Shown here in pieces: positions 18,536 to 27,855 of a stretch of 61,162 nucleotides of DNA. Both the position numbers and the translations under genes were made by a program. This stretch comes from Collinsella sp. (GTDB taxonomy: Bacteria > Actinomycetota > Coriobacteriia > Coriobacteriales > Coriobacteriaceae), in assembly GCA_022745215.1 (NCBI GenBank), contig JAIIWC010000001.1, positions 1 through 61,162 on the forward strand, in the 5' to 3' direction. Position 1 is the first letter of the stretch. Every line of letters starts with the position of its first letter. The notes under the pieces were generated by a model. The model made no database searches and was not told the DNA's origin. It saw only the letters and a program-made list of their open reading frames with translations.

Positions 18536-19966
18536 CTAATTAGCTCCGTGGCCCATCTCGACGACCTTGGTCAACGAGCCAAACACACCTTCGTCGGCAA
18601 CGAGTTGTGCCTCGGCACGCTGCAGCTGCACGGCAACCGCGGCAGGGGCAGTACCGCCCTCGGTCGTGCGCGCGGCGACAATCGACGGGATGTCGAGCGC
18701 CTCGGTAATATCGCGCTCAAAGAGCGGGCTTGCCTCCTGGAACACCTCAAACGGCAGGTCCTCAAGATTGCAGCCGCGCTTCTCACACATCAGGACCAGA
18801 TGGCCCACCACGGCATGCGCCTCACGGAACGGCAGGCCACGCTTGGCCAGGTAATCGGCAACATCGGTAGCGGCAAGGTGCCCCACGCCGCACTCACGCG
18901 CCATGGCATCCTCGTTGACGGTCCAAGTCGAAATCATACCGGTCATAACCGACAGGCACTGCATGAGCGTGTGGGCGGTATCGAGCGCGCCCTCCTTGTC
19001 CTCCTGCAAGTCCTTGTTATAGGCCAGCGGCAGGCCCTTCATGGTCACAAGCAGCTGCACCAGGTTGCCATAGACTCGGCCGCTCTTGCCGCGGATAAGC
19101 TCGGCAAAGTCGGGATTCTTCTTCTGCGGCATGATGGACGAGCCGGTGGAGTACGAGTCGGAAAGCGTAATAAAGCCAAACTCGGAGCTCGACCACAACA
19201 CGATCTCCTCGGAAAGACGCGACAGGTGCATGGCCATGACGGAGCCGGCGTAATGCAGATCGAGCAGGAAATCACGGTCGGAAACCGCATCGAGCGAGTT
19301 GGGAATCACACCCGCAAAGCCAAGCTCGGCAGCCGTCATCTGGCGATCGAGCGGATAGCTCGTACCGGCAAGCGCGGCAGCACCCAGCGGGCAGTTGTCG
19401 GCGGCATCAAAGGCGGCCTTCAGGCGTGTAAAGTCGCGCGCGAACATCCAGGAATACGCCAGCAGATGATGTGACAGCAGCACGGGCTGAGCATGCTGCA
19501 TGTGCGTGTAGCCCGGCAGAATCACCTTGTCGTACTTCTTGGCCGCATCCACCAGCACATGGCGCAACTCAAGATTGGCCTCCATGAGCTCCTTGGCCAA
19601 CGCCTTGACGCCCAGGCGCGTATCGGTCGCCACCTGGTCGTTGCGCGAACGCCCGGTATGCAAGCGCTTACCGGCCTCGCCGATACGGCGCGTCAGCTCG
19701 CTCTCGATGGACATATGAATGTCCTCATCGTTGATATCGAAGGTGAAGTTGCCGGCATCGATATCCTGTTCGATTCCGGTCAGGCCCTCGGCAATCCCCT
19801 GCTCGTCCTCGGCGCTGATGATGCCCTGGGCCGCCAGCATCTTAGCATGCGCCTTAGAACCGGCGATATCCTGCTTATAGAGATGTTTGTCGACCGGCAG
19901 CGACGCGCCAAACTCCTGCGTGACCTCGGCCACTCCCGCCTCAAAACGACCGCCCCAAAGAGCCAT
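18536..19966 (-). CDS. argH: Argininosuccinate lyase
   Basis: LWGGRF, EDIH, HTGRSRNDQ, GSSIMPQKKNPD, YNKDLQEDK. Confidence 0.97.
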   Translation of the reverse strand: MALWGGRFEAGVAEVTQEFGASLPVDKHLYKQDIAGSKAHAKMLAAQGIISAEDEQGIAEGLTGIEQDIDAGNFTFDINDEDIHMSIESELTRRIGEAGKRLHTGRSRNDQVATDTRLGVKALAKELMEANLELRHVLVDAAKKYDKVILPGYTHMQHAQPVLLSHHLLAYSWMFARDFTRLKAAFDAADNCPLGAAALAGTSYPLDRQMTAAELGFAGVIPNSLDAVSDRDFLLDLHYAGSVMAMHLSRLSEEIVLWSSSEFGFITLSDSYSTGSSIMPQKKNPDFAELIRGKSGRVYGNLVQLLVTMKGLPLAYNKDLQEDKEGALDTAHTLMQCLSVMTGMISTWTVNEDAMARECGVGHLAATDVADYLAKRGLPFREAHAVVGHLVLMCEKRGCNLEDLPFEVFQEASPLFERDITEALDIPSIVAARTTEGGTAPAAVAVQLQRAEAQLVADEGVFGSLTKVVEMGHGAN

Positions 19967-20084
19967 GGAACCGTCCCCTTTCATCAAATCCCAAAACAAG
20001 CGCCCAAAGCAATACGCCCTGTCGCTAAAGCGATTTTTCAACCGCTAGTTTTACACATTCCCCACCGTGCGCGGGGCCATGTAG

Positions 20085-20255
20085 CTAATTTGCAAAGAAG
20101 TGACGCACCAGGCACTTGGCGCCCAACGTCTCCCTCCGGATGTTGCCCTGCGAACCATCGATCCAGGCCTTCAGGCTCATAGGAACGTCCTCGACCTTTA
20201 CAGCATCGAACTCGGGCGCGAGGGAAAGTAAAGCATGCGCGACAGCATTGAACAT
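20085..20255 (-). CDS. Small hypothetical protein (56 aa)
   Basis: GAGGAG 8 nt before ATG; MFNAVAHALLSLAPEFDAVKVEDVPMSLKAWIDGSQGNIRRETLGAKCLVRHFFAN*. Confidence 0.55.
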   Translation of the reverse strand: MFNAVAHALLSLAPEFDAVKVEDVPMSLKAWIDGSQGNIRRETLGAKCLVRHFFAN

Positions 20256-20486
20256 AATGGATACTCCTCATATATATGGGCACAGAGTCGCCAAATTGAT
20301 AGAAGGAGCCCCGCCGGACAACCCCGGCGGGGCTCGGACTCAGCCGCAGACGCGGCATCATATATGCGGGCGGAACGTAGGGGCCACCGATGTTAAGAAG
20401 TGTCAGCAAGCATAACGAAAGGTAAGGACCCCGTGCGCCCGTTATGTATCACGCGGATGGGCCGCGCGGATACCAAGGAAAGGGCC

Positions 20487-21713
20487 TTAAGCCTGGGCGG
20501 CAGCAGAGCTGGGACCCTGGACCTTTGCCCACGTCTTGAGCGACAGCGTATCGATCTCGATAAAGCCGGCGCTGGCCTTCTCGTCAAACGTGGTGTCGCG
20601 ATCGTAGGTAGCCAGACCGTAGTCGTAGAGGCTGAAGGGGCTCTTGCGGCCGACGACATGGCAGTTGCCCTTAAAGAACTTCAGACGGACGGTACCGGTC
20701 ACGAACTTCTGGGTATCGGCCATAAAGGCATCGAGCGCGTTTTTGAGCGGGCTGTACCACTGGCCGTTGTACACGGCGGTGGCCCAATCCTGCTCGAGCT
20801 TGATCTTGGTCTTGAGCAGGTCGCCCTCGACGCAGATGTCCTCAAGCGCCTTGTGGGCGGTGATGAGCGTCAGGGCGCCGGGAACCTCATAGCACTCGCG
20901 GCTCTTAAGGCCCACCAGGCGATCCTCGACCAGATCGAGACGGCCAAAGCCATTGTCGCCGGAGATCTTGTTGAGGGCGATGACGATCTCGGAGAGCTTC
21001 ATCTTCTTGCCGTCGACGGCGACAGGCTTGCCGGCCTCAAACTCAATCTCGGTGTAGGTCGGAGTGTCCGGCGTGTCCTCGGGGTTCTTGGTCATAACCC
21101 AGGCGTCGTCGAGCGGCTCGTTCCAGGGATCCTCCAGGTGGCCGCACTCAATGGCACGACCCCACAGGTTGTCGTCGATGGAGTAGGGGTTGTCGTTGGC
21201 ACCCTCGGGAACCGGCACGTTGTGGGCGTGGGCGTAGGCGACCTCGTCGGGACGGCACTTCAGGTCCCACTCGCGAACCGGGGCGATAACCTTAAGCTCG
21301 GGGTCGAGGGCCTTGACGGCGGCCTCAAAACGGACCTGGTCGTTACCCTTGCCGGTGCAGCCGTGGGCGACGTAGGTCGCGCCAAACTCGTGGGCGACCT
21401 CAACAAGCTTCTTGGCAAGCAGCGGGCGAGACAGGGCGGAGAGCAGCGGATACTTGTTCTCGTACATGGAGTTTGCGGCGATGGCTTTGGTCAGGAACTC
21501 ATCGGAGAACTCGTCACGCAGGTCGAGCACCTGGCAATCAAGAACGCCCAGGTCGAGCGCCTTCTGCTTCTTGGCATCCAGGCCGGTCTCCTCCTGGCCC
21601 ACGTTGCCGCAGACGCAAACGACATCGAGATTCTTCTCGTCCTGGAGCCACTTGACACATACGGATGTATCAAGACCACCGGAATATGCGAGAACGACTT
21701 TTTCCTTGCTCAT
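20487..21713 (-). CDS. argG: Argininosuccinate synthase
   Basis: LAYSGGLDTS, HGCTGKGNDQVRF, YSIDDNLWG, KSRECYE. Confidence 0.97.
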   Translation of the reverse strand: MSKEKVVLAYSGGLDTSVCVKWLQDEKNLDVVCVCGNVGQEETGLDAKKQKALDLGVLDCQVLDLRDEFSDEFLTKAIAANSMYENKYPLLSALSRPLLAKKLVEVAHEFGATYVAHGCTGKGNDQVRFEAAVKALDPELKVIAPVREWDLKCRPDEVAYAHAHNVPVPEGANDNPYSIDDNLWGRAIECGHLEDPWNEPLDDAWVMTKNPEDTPDTPTYTEIEFEAGKPVAVDGKKMKLSEIVIALNKISGDNGFGRLDLVEDRLVGLKSRECYEVPGALTLITAHKALEDICVEGDLLKTKIKLEQDWATAVYNGQWYSPLKNALDAFMADTQKFVTGTVRLKFFKGNCHVVGRKSPFSLYDYGLATYDRDTTFDEKASAGFIEIDTLSLKTWAKVQGPSSAAAQA

Positions 21714-21917
21714 GGCTGTTTCCTTTCGCCCTTGGTAGCTAGTTAGAACATCGGTCAGTTGCAAGTCATTTCAAGGTCGAATACCGTGCAATATCAGGTT
21801 AAATAGCAAAAATCAGCACATACATGCCCTAGAAACATGCAGCAATATCGTGCTAAACCCAACGACCTCAAAATGACTCTGTTGAGGCAATTCGCCCCAT
21901 GGGAACAGAGACGATTG

Positions 21918-21992
21918 TTATCGTCGTCGGGAAATTGCGCGCTGGCGTCGGATGGCATTGTCTGCAGTAGTGATAATCTTTACGAACTGCAT
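21918..21992 (-). CDS. Putative Arg-rich leader peptide of argG (24 aa)
   Basis: GAAAGGAGAGG RBS, ATG at 21992, MQFVKIITTADNAIRRQRAISRRR*; ends CGA CGA CGA TAA. Confidence 0.75.
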   Translation of the reverse strand: MQFVKIITTADNAIRRQRAISRRR

Positions 21993-22266
21993 CTGCCTCT
22001 CCTTTCACCTATCGCCGGGCGCAATTCATATATCGTAAACGGTACCTTTTCCTCGGTAAGCGGTTGTTTTTCCGTCTCCGTTTTCGATGTTCGCTATATT
22101 ACGCTAAAGTGCCAGCAGCACAAGCGACAAATTCAAATTTCTGAAAAGTTTTTTCATTAGTTTGTGAATTGCAGTGCAAGTACGCACCATTCCTGCGAAA
22201 ATACGCTCGATTACATAGCAGAGGGTCATTACGCCCGAAACAATCTGGAAACGGAAAGGCGCATTT

Positions 22267-23094
22267 ATGCAGACTTATGAATCAGACGCCAACATCGGCA
22301 ACATTAAACTCATCGCCGTCGACATGGACAAGACGCTGCTCACCGACGAGCGCGTGTTGCCGCAGGGTCTTGATGAGCGTCTGGACAAGCTCGCCGACGC
22401 CGGCATCGTATTCTGCCCCGCCAGCGGACGTCCCGCTCCCAAGCTCGAGGAGATGTTCGAGGGCATCAAGAACCGCCTTGCTTTTTGTCCCGACAACGGA
22501 GCCTCCGTCATCTATCGCGGCAGCTATATCTATAAGAGCAACATCGATGTGGCGCTGTATCAGCAGGTGCTCGCTCGTGCCTCGGAGGACCCGCGCGCCG
22601 TTCCCGTCCTGTGCTGCTACGACGAGTTCTATGTGCTCGCCCGCGACCATCAATACCACGACGAGATCAGCGTCTACTACAACACGATCAACTACGTCGA
22701 CACCTTTGAGGGCATTGATATCGAGTCCAATAAGATCTCGATCTTTTTCCCTGCCTACGATGCCGAGCCGGCGTTTCGCGAGGACTACAACCCGGCATTC
22801 TCGGACCGACTCTACGTCACCAATGCGGGCCGTGAGTGGATCGACTTTATGAATCTGGGCGTCGACAAGGGGTCGGGCGTGGCTCATCTCTGCGAGCGCC
22901 TGGACATCGATATCGCCGACGCCGCTGCCGTGGGCGATACGTACAACGACATCCCCATGCTGGAGCGCGTCGGGCATAGCTTTATCGTGGACAATGCCGA
23001 GGAGCACATGAACGCGCATGCCAAGTGGCGTATTCCGAGCAACAACGACGGGGGCGTACTGACGCTCATCGACGCCATCTTGGCGGCTCGGTAG
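22267..23094 (+). CDS. Cof-type HAD-IIB hydrolase
   Basis: VDMDKTLL, ASGR, DNGA, VDKGSG, GDTYNDIPML. Confidence 0.92.
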   Translation: MQTYESDANIGNIKLIAVDMDKTLLTDERVLPQGLDERLDKLADAGIVFCPASGRPAPKLEEMFEGIKNRLAFCPDNGASVIYRGSYIYKSNIDVALYQQVLARASEDPRAVPVLCCYDEFYVLARDHQYHDEISVYYNTINYVDTFEGIDIESNKISIFFPAYDAEPAFREDYNPAFSDRLYVTNAGREWIDFMNLGVDKGSGVAHLCERLDIDIADAAAVGDTYNDIPMLERVGHSFIVDNAEEHMNAHAKWRIPSNNDGGVLTLIDAILAAR

Positions 23095-23274
23095 CCGTCC
23101 CATCGGGCCTGGCCGGGCGGCACGGGATAACTTTTCGCTCGGTCAGGTCCTGCGCAAGACGAAAGCCACATTAAGTGGCTTTCTTTGCGTGCGGAATCTA
23201 CGAAAAGTTAACCCGTGCCGCCCGGCCAGGCCCTAGGTTTACTTTCCTGCCGCCAAGATGGCGTCATGAGTGTC
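23061..23274. repeat. Giant nested inverted repeat (~214 nt)
   Basis: 22-bp perfect arms 23105-23126/23212-23233, 10-bp arms inside, and 17-bp perfect outer arms 23071-23087/23249-23265. Confidence 0.85.
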
Positions 23275-23349
23275 GAGATACTTAGCTGAAATGATTTGAG
23301 CAGAGGGGAGCTCCTTGTTGGAAGGGGCTCCCCTCTGTTTTGGTTACTG

Positions 23350-23389
23350 TGGGACAAATTAATCAGTAGTGTTTGTCCCAAATCTTAAG
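23350..23389. repeat. 40-bp dispersed repeat family B, copy 2
   Basis: TGGGACAAATTAATCAG-TAGTG-TTTGTCCCAAATCTTAAG. Confidence 0.85.
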
Positions 23390-23437
23390 TATGTGGGGGC
23401 TTGCGTCTTGGACGAGCTTGCCTTACGGAGTGCTTCC

Positions 23438-26188
23438 CTATTTCGCGTCGGCCCAGGTTATGCCGGTGCTGGCTTCGGCGATCAACGGTACGCGGAGGTC
23501 TACTACGTGTTCCATGACGTCGCGGACCATGGCGGTGAGGCGTTCGACTTCGTCGACGGGGCACTCAAAGTCCAGTTCGTCGTGTACTTGCAGAATCATG
23601 TGGGCGGCAAAGCCTTCTTCTTCCAAGCGACGGCTCACGCGGGCCATGGCAATCTTAATGATATCGGCCGCCGTACCCTGCATAGGGTGGTTCATGGCCG
23701 TGCGCTCACCAAAGCCGCGGAGCTGCGGGTTTTTGGCCTTGAGCTCAGGAATGTGACGGCGGCGGCCATACATGGTCTCGGCATACCCCGTCTGCTTGGC
23801 ACGCGCCACCACGTTGTCCAGGAATGTGCGCACGCCGGGGTAAGCCTCGTAGTAGCGATCGATCATATCGCGTGCCTCGGCCATCGAGATATGCAGCGAC
23901 TGCGACAGACCGTAGGCCTGCTGGCCATACACAATGCCAAAGTTCACGGCCTTGGCGCGGCTGCGCAGGTCGGGCGTTACCTCGGATACCTGGACGCCAA
24001 ATACGCGCGCGGCCGTCTCGGCATGGAAGTCCTCGCCCTCGTTAAAGGCGCGCACCAGGTGCTCGTCACCCGAAAGATGCGCGAGCAGGCGCAACTCGAT
24101 CTGCGAGTAGTCCACCGCCAAAAAGACGCTCCCCTCGCCCGCCGAAAACGCCGTCTTGACGGTACGGCCCAGCTCAGAGCGCGTCGGGATGTTCTGCAGG
24201 TTCGGGTCGCTCGAGGACAGACGTCCCGTTGCTGTGATGGTCTGGTTGTACGTGGTATGCACGCGGCCGTCGCCTCGACGCAGCGGGCCCAACGTGTCCA
24301 GATAGGTTGACTTGATCTTGGACTTCTCACGCCAGTCCAAAATCAAGCGCACGATCTCGTGGTCGCGGGCAAGATCGCTCAACACCTTGGCATTGGTCGA
24401 ATAATAGCCGCGCTTAGTCTTCTTGAGGCCCTTGGTCGGAAGCCCCATTACATCAAACAGCACATGCGAGAGCTGCATGGGGCTGCCGATGTTAAAGGTC
24501 TCGTCACCCGCCAGGTCGCGAATACTGCGCTCGACCTCGGTGATCTGGGTCGCCAGGCCCTCGGACAGGCTGCGAAGCCGATCGGGATCCACGAGCATAC
24601 CCGCGCGCTCCATCTTGGCAAGCACCGGCACGAGCGGCATCTCAATGCCGTCGAACACGTTGGCGGCGTTCTCACGGGCCATGCGATCGCGCAGCGGCGC
24701 CACGAGCGCCAGCGTCAGGGCCGCAGTACGGGCGGCAGGCGCGGGGGCGTCCTCGCCGGCACCCTCTGCACCGCGCGCCGCAGGCAGCGCCATCTGCAGA
24801 TAGGCATCGGCCAGATACACCTCGTCAAACTCGGAGCGGTCGGAATCCAACAGGTAGGCGGCAACCACGGTGTCGAAGATACGCGTGGAATCGACTGCCA
24901 GCGGATCCATGAGCTCGGTCTCAGAAGAATCGATGGGCGAAAGCTCATGCAGAAGCGCCTTCATATCCGGGCTCGCCGCACGGCCTTCCATAAACAGACG
25001 CGCGAGCACGCCGGCAATCACGCCGTGGGCGAAGTTGAAGCCCTCAACCTCAGCCGCCGCACCGCTGTCGCCCTCCTCGAGCGCGAACAGGCCCTTGGAC
25101 GTCGCCAACCACAGCGTGCGCGTCAGTCCAAAGAGCGCGCCCTCTTCCTTGTCGTCGTCCACCACGGCGGCGACCCACTCGCCGGCATCAATCGCGCGGG
25201 AAACCTCAGCCGCAACGGCACCAAGCGCGTCGGCATCGCCGGCGGCTGCGCGAACCATCGCAGGTATCTCAAACACACTGGAGGCAGCAGCAGCCCCGCC
25301 CTCGCCGCCGATCAGCGCCAAGAAACGGTTCTGCATGGCGGTGATACCAAGCGTGCCCAGCGCCGCGGACACTTCGTCGGCAGAAAACGCCGGGAAGGAC
25401 GTTTCGTCAAAGTCGAGCTCGACGGGCGCATCGGTGCGAATGGTTGCGACCTTGCGGCTCAGCAGCGCATCGTCGATGTGCGCACGCAGGTTCTCGCCCA
25501 TCTTGCCCTTGACCTCGTCGGCATGCGCGATGACCTCGTCCAAGCTGCCGTACTGTGCGATGAGCGCGCTCGCCTTTTTGGGGCCGATGCCCGGTACGCC
25601 GGGAATGTTGTCCGACGTATCGCCCTTTAGACCGTAAAAATCGGGCACGAGCGCCGGCGTAATGCCGTGATACAGGTCGTCCACGCTCTCGGGCGTCATG
25701 ATCGCCACGTCGGACAGGCCCTTGCGGGTCGAGACCACGTTGACGTGCTCGGTCACGAGTTGATACATGTCGCGGTCGCCGGTCACCAGCAGCATGTCAC
25801 AGCCGGCCTGCTCGCCCAGGCGCGCCATAGTACCCAGGATGTCATCGCCTTCCCAGCCCTCGGACTGCAGAATCGGCACGTTGAGCGCGGTGAGCAGCTC
25901 CTTAATCATAGGGAACTGCGCATGCAGATCGGGGTCCATGGGCGGGCGTTGCGCCTTATACTGCGGCAGCATCTCCATGCGCACGCGCGGCTTGCCCTTA
26001 TCAAACGCCACAACAACGCCGTCGGGGTTAAAGGCGTCGATCATCTTAAGAAACATGTTCAGAAAGCCAAAAATCGCGTTGGTGGGGCGACCGTCCGGCG
26101 CGTTCATGGTCGGCGGCACGGCGTGGAAGGCGCGATGCATGAGCGAGTTGCCGTCGATAACGGCAAAGGTGCGGCGCTTGTCAGACAT
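23438..26188 (-). CDS. polA: DNA polymerase I
   Basis: N-terminal 5'-3' exonuclease (IDGNS, GDTSDNIPGVPGIG); polymerase motifs TGRLSS, DYSQIELR, KAVNFGIVYG, QVHDEL. Confidence 0.98.
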   Translation of the reverse strand: MSDKRRTFAVIDGNSLMHRAFHAVPPTMNAPDGRPTNAIFGFLNMFLKMIDAFNPDGVVVAFDKGKPRVRMEMLPQYKAQRPPMDPDLHAQFPMIKELLTALNVPILQSEGWEGDDILGTMARLGEQAGCDMLLVTGDRDMYQLVTEHVNVVSTRKGLSDVAIMTPESVDDLYHGITPALVPDFYGLKGDTSDNIPGVPGIGPKKASALIAQYGSLDEVIAHADEVKGKMGENLRAHIDDALLSRKVATIRTDAPVELDFDETSFPAFSADEVSAALGTLGITAMQNRFLALIGGEGGAAAASSVFEIPAMVRAAAGDADALGAVAAEVSRAIDAGEWVAAVVDDDKEEGALFGLTRTLWLATSKGLFALEEGDSGAAAEVEGFNFAHGVIAGVLARLFMEGRAASPDMKALLHELSPIDSSETELMDPLAVDSTRIFDTVVAAYLLDSDRSEFDEVYLADAYLQMALPAARGAEGAGEDAPAPAARTAALTLALVAPLRDRMARENAANVFDGIEMPLVPVLAKMERAGMLVDPDRLRSLSEGLATQITEVERSIRDLAGDETFNIGSPMQLSHVLFDVMGLPTKGLKKTKRGYYSTNAKVLSDLARDHEIVRLILDWREKSKIKSTYLDTLGPLRRGDGRVHTTYNQTITATGRLSSSDPNLQNIPTRSELGRTVKTAFSAGEGSVFLAVDYSQIELRLLAHLSGDEHLVRAFNEGEDFHAETAARVFGVQVSEVTPDLRSRAKAVNFGIVYGQQAYGLSQSLHISMAEARDMIDRYYEAYPGVRTFLDNVVARAKQTGYAETMYGRRRHIPELKAKNPQLRGFGERTAMNHPMQGTAADIIKIAMARVSRRLEEEGFAAHMILQVHDELDFECPVDEVERLTAMVRDVMEHVVDLRVPLIAEASTGITWADAK

Positions 26189-26354
26189 ATTGAATACCTC
26201 GCTTTGGGCTGGGCACGGTTTGCTTACTCCAGTTTACACGCTCCCCGCCCCGCGGCCACCGCACATCAAGCTCCCCCGCCACCGCGAGCCCGCGCGTGAT
26301 ACGATGGCTCACGGTACATCAACCAGCACGATCGATCCGAAAGGAGCCTGCGTC

Positions 26355-27752
26355 ATGGAGCGTCCCTGCGCATGGAAAAAGTACACGCCACAGCAAGTCG
26401 AGGAGCTCGAGGAGCTTTGCCGCGGCTATAAGCAGTTTTTGAGCGAGAACAAGACCGAGCGCCTGTGCGTCAAGACCGGCATCAAGATGGCCGAGGAGGC
26501 GGGATACGTCGACCTGGAGACCGTGATTGCCGAGGGCCGCACGCTCAAGGCCGGCGACAAGGTGTACGCCGCCAATCACGGCAAAGACCTCATGCTCGTC
26601 AACCTGGGCACCGCCCCGCTCGAGCAGGGCTTTAACATCCTGGGTGCTCACGTGGACTCGCCGCGCCTGGACCTTAAGCAGAATCCCGCCTTCGAGGCCG
26701 GCGACATGGCCTACCTCGACACGCACTACTACGGCGGCGTCAAGAGCTACCACTGGGTGGCCTCCCCGCTTGCACTCGTGGGCGTCATCTGCAAAAAGGA
26801 CGGCACCACCGTCGACATCAACATCGGCGACAAGGCAGACGATCCGGTCTTTACCATCTCCGACCTGCTGATCCACCTCTCGAGCGAGCAGATGTCCAAG
26901 CCCGCCAAGGACGCCGTCGACGCCGAGATCCTCGACGTGATCGTGGGCGGCCGTCCCGTCAAGTTTGACGAGGACGACAAGGACGCTCCCAAGGAGCCCG
27001 TCAAGCAGATGTTCCTGGACATCCTCAAGGAGCAGTACGGCGTCGAGGAGGAGGACTTCCTCTCCGCCGAGATCGAGGTCGTGCCCGCCGGTCCCGCCCG
27101 CGACATGGGCCTCGACCGCTCCATGATTTTGGGCTATGGCCACGACGATCGTGTCTGCGCCTATCCGTCCATGCTCGCCCAGATCGACGTCGCCAACGTG
27201 GAGCGCACGAGCATCACGCTCATCGTCGATAAGGAGGAGATCGGCTCCGTGGGTGCCACCGGTATGACGAGCCGCTTCTTCGAGAACACCGTCGCCGAGA
27301 TCATGACGCTCGCCGGCGAGGATAGCCCGCTGGCCCTGCGCCGCGCGCTCGCCCGCAGCCGCATGCTCTCCTCCGACGTGTCCGCCGGTTTCGACCCGGG
27401 CTATGCCGGCAAGTTCGAGACCAAGAACGCGGCCTTTATGGGTCGCGGCCTGTGCTTTAACAAGTACACGGGCAGCCGCGGCAAGGGCGGCTCCAACGAC
27501 GCCGATGCCGAGTACGTGGCCCTCGTCCGCGACATCATGGACGAGGCCGGCGTGGACTTCCAGACCTGTGAGCTCGGTCGCGTCAACGCGGGCGGCGGCG
27601 GCACCATCGCCTACATCATGGCCAAGTACGGTATGAACGTCATCGACTCCGGCGTTGCCGTCCTGTCCATGCACGCCCTGTGGGAGGTCGCCAACAAGGC
27701 CGATATCTACGAGGCCTATCGCGGCTACAAAGCCTTCCTCGAGCGCGCCTAA
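26355..27752 (+). CDS. M18 family aminopeptidase
   Basis: GAHVDSP, HYYGG.K, DDRVC, DKEEIGS, GGGTI, LSMH; AAGGAG RBS. Confidence 0.92.
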   Translation: MERPCAWKKYTPQQVEELEELCRGYKQFLSENKTERLCVKTGIKMAEEAGYVDLETVIAEGRTLKAGDKVYAANHGKDLMLVNLGTAPLEQGFNILGAHVDSPRLDLKQNPAFEAGDMAYLDTHYYGGVKSYHWVASPLALVGVICKKDGTTVDINIGDKADDPVFTISDLLIHLSSEQMSKPAKDAVDAEILDVIVGGRPVKFDEDDKDAPKEPVKQMFLDILKEQYGVEEEDFLSAEIEVVPAGPARDMGLDRSMILGYGHDDRVCAYPSMLAQIDVANVERTSITLIVDKEEIGSVGATGMTSRFFENTVAEIMTLAGEDSPLALRRALARSRMLSSDVSAGFDPGYAGKFETKNAAFMGRGLCFNKYTGSRGKGGSNDADAEYVALVRDIMDEAGVDFQTCELGRVNAGGGGTIAYIMAKYGMNVIDSGVAVLSMHALWEVANKADIYEAYRGYKAFLERA

Positions 27753-27765
27753 CCAACCCTTCATC

Positions 27766-27832
27766 AGTTGCGGTGAAATACGGACTAAACTGGCCCATCA
27801 ACGGCCAAAACAGACCGTATTCCACCGCAACT
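27766..27832. repeat. Palindromic repeat family A, copy 2 (67 bp)
   Basis: AGTTGCGGTGAAATACGG...CCGTATTCCACCGCAACT. Confidence 0.85.
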
Positions 27833-27855
27833 TCCTTTTTGGCAGAGGAGAGTTC

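Noticed and set aside
21713..22100. T-box riboswitch upstream of argG
   Set aside because: No GGTGGNACC T-box motif or stem I signatures recognised; the leader peptide explains the region better.
25767..26354. N-terminal extension of the M18 peptidase ORF
   Set aside because: Mostly antisense to polA; AAGGAG plus ATG at 26355 gives the expected family length.
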